A DNA stretch of 8,091 bases from Octopus sinensis. Its lineage: Eukaryota. Below, piece by piece: positions 7,955-8,091 of this stretch. Position 1 is the first letter of the stretch, and each line of letters begins with the position of its first letter. A program made the translations under genes and the position numbers. Under the pieces are notes generated by a model that was not told where the DNA came from, did no database searches, and saw only the letters and a list, made by a program, of their open reading frames with translations. The stretch is taken from positions 1 through 8,091 of the forward strand of contig NW_021827830.1 of assembly GCF_006345805.1 (NCBI RefSeq). Direction: 5' to 3'.

Positions 7955-8091
7955 TTGTTGTTGTTGTTGTTGTTTGTTTGTCCCTTCTCGAGCCATGCCT
8001 GGCTCATATGGGCCGGTTTTCCGGTGTCCTTGGCATATAGGTTCCCCACCTGGACGGGATACCGGTCCGTCGCAGGTGAGCTGCAAGATGC
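7955..8091 (-). mobile_element. 3' end of a SINE-like retroposon with (CAA)n tail, truncated by the window edge
   Basis: A (TTG)n tract at 7955 is followed by an abrupt GC-rich segment containing the hairpin GAGCCA-TGCC-TGGCTC (7990-8005). CCTGGACGGGATACCGGTCCGTCGCAGG resembles, from recall, the reverse strand of a conserved metazoan SINE central domain. Confidence 0.55.

Noticed and set aside
7709-8086. 125-aa minus-strand ORF
   Set aside because: Fusion of SINE sequence, a (CAA)n tail (poly-Q) and the duplicated 238-bp segment.

Overview
AT-rich, repeat-saturated eukaryotic non-coding DNA. The SINEs and microsatellites resemble those I recall from octopus/cephalopod genomes (inference, not verified). 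No credible host protein-coding gene is present. In order along the window: a ~206-bp tandem array (1-945), the 3' end of a CR1/L2-type LINE, a minus-strand tRNA-derived SINE, a 23-bp inverted-repeat pair, a 238-bp segment duplicated 4.8 kb apart, a non-autonomous Helitron, and a plus-strand SINE. The most interesting element is at 5511-6848, embedded in (TA)n. It is a ~531-bp non-coding tandem repeat (2.25 copies) with an inverted 145-bp arm at its 5' end. Each full unit carries a complete type I hammerhead ribozyme (CUGACGA / GAAA / GUC) with a palindromic minimal stem III and an unusually long loop II. This is the architecture of a Penelope-like pseudo-LTR or non-LTR retrozyme, and it predicts a self-cleaved 532-nt, possibly circular, RNA.
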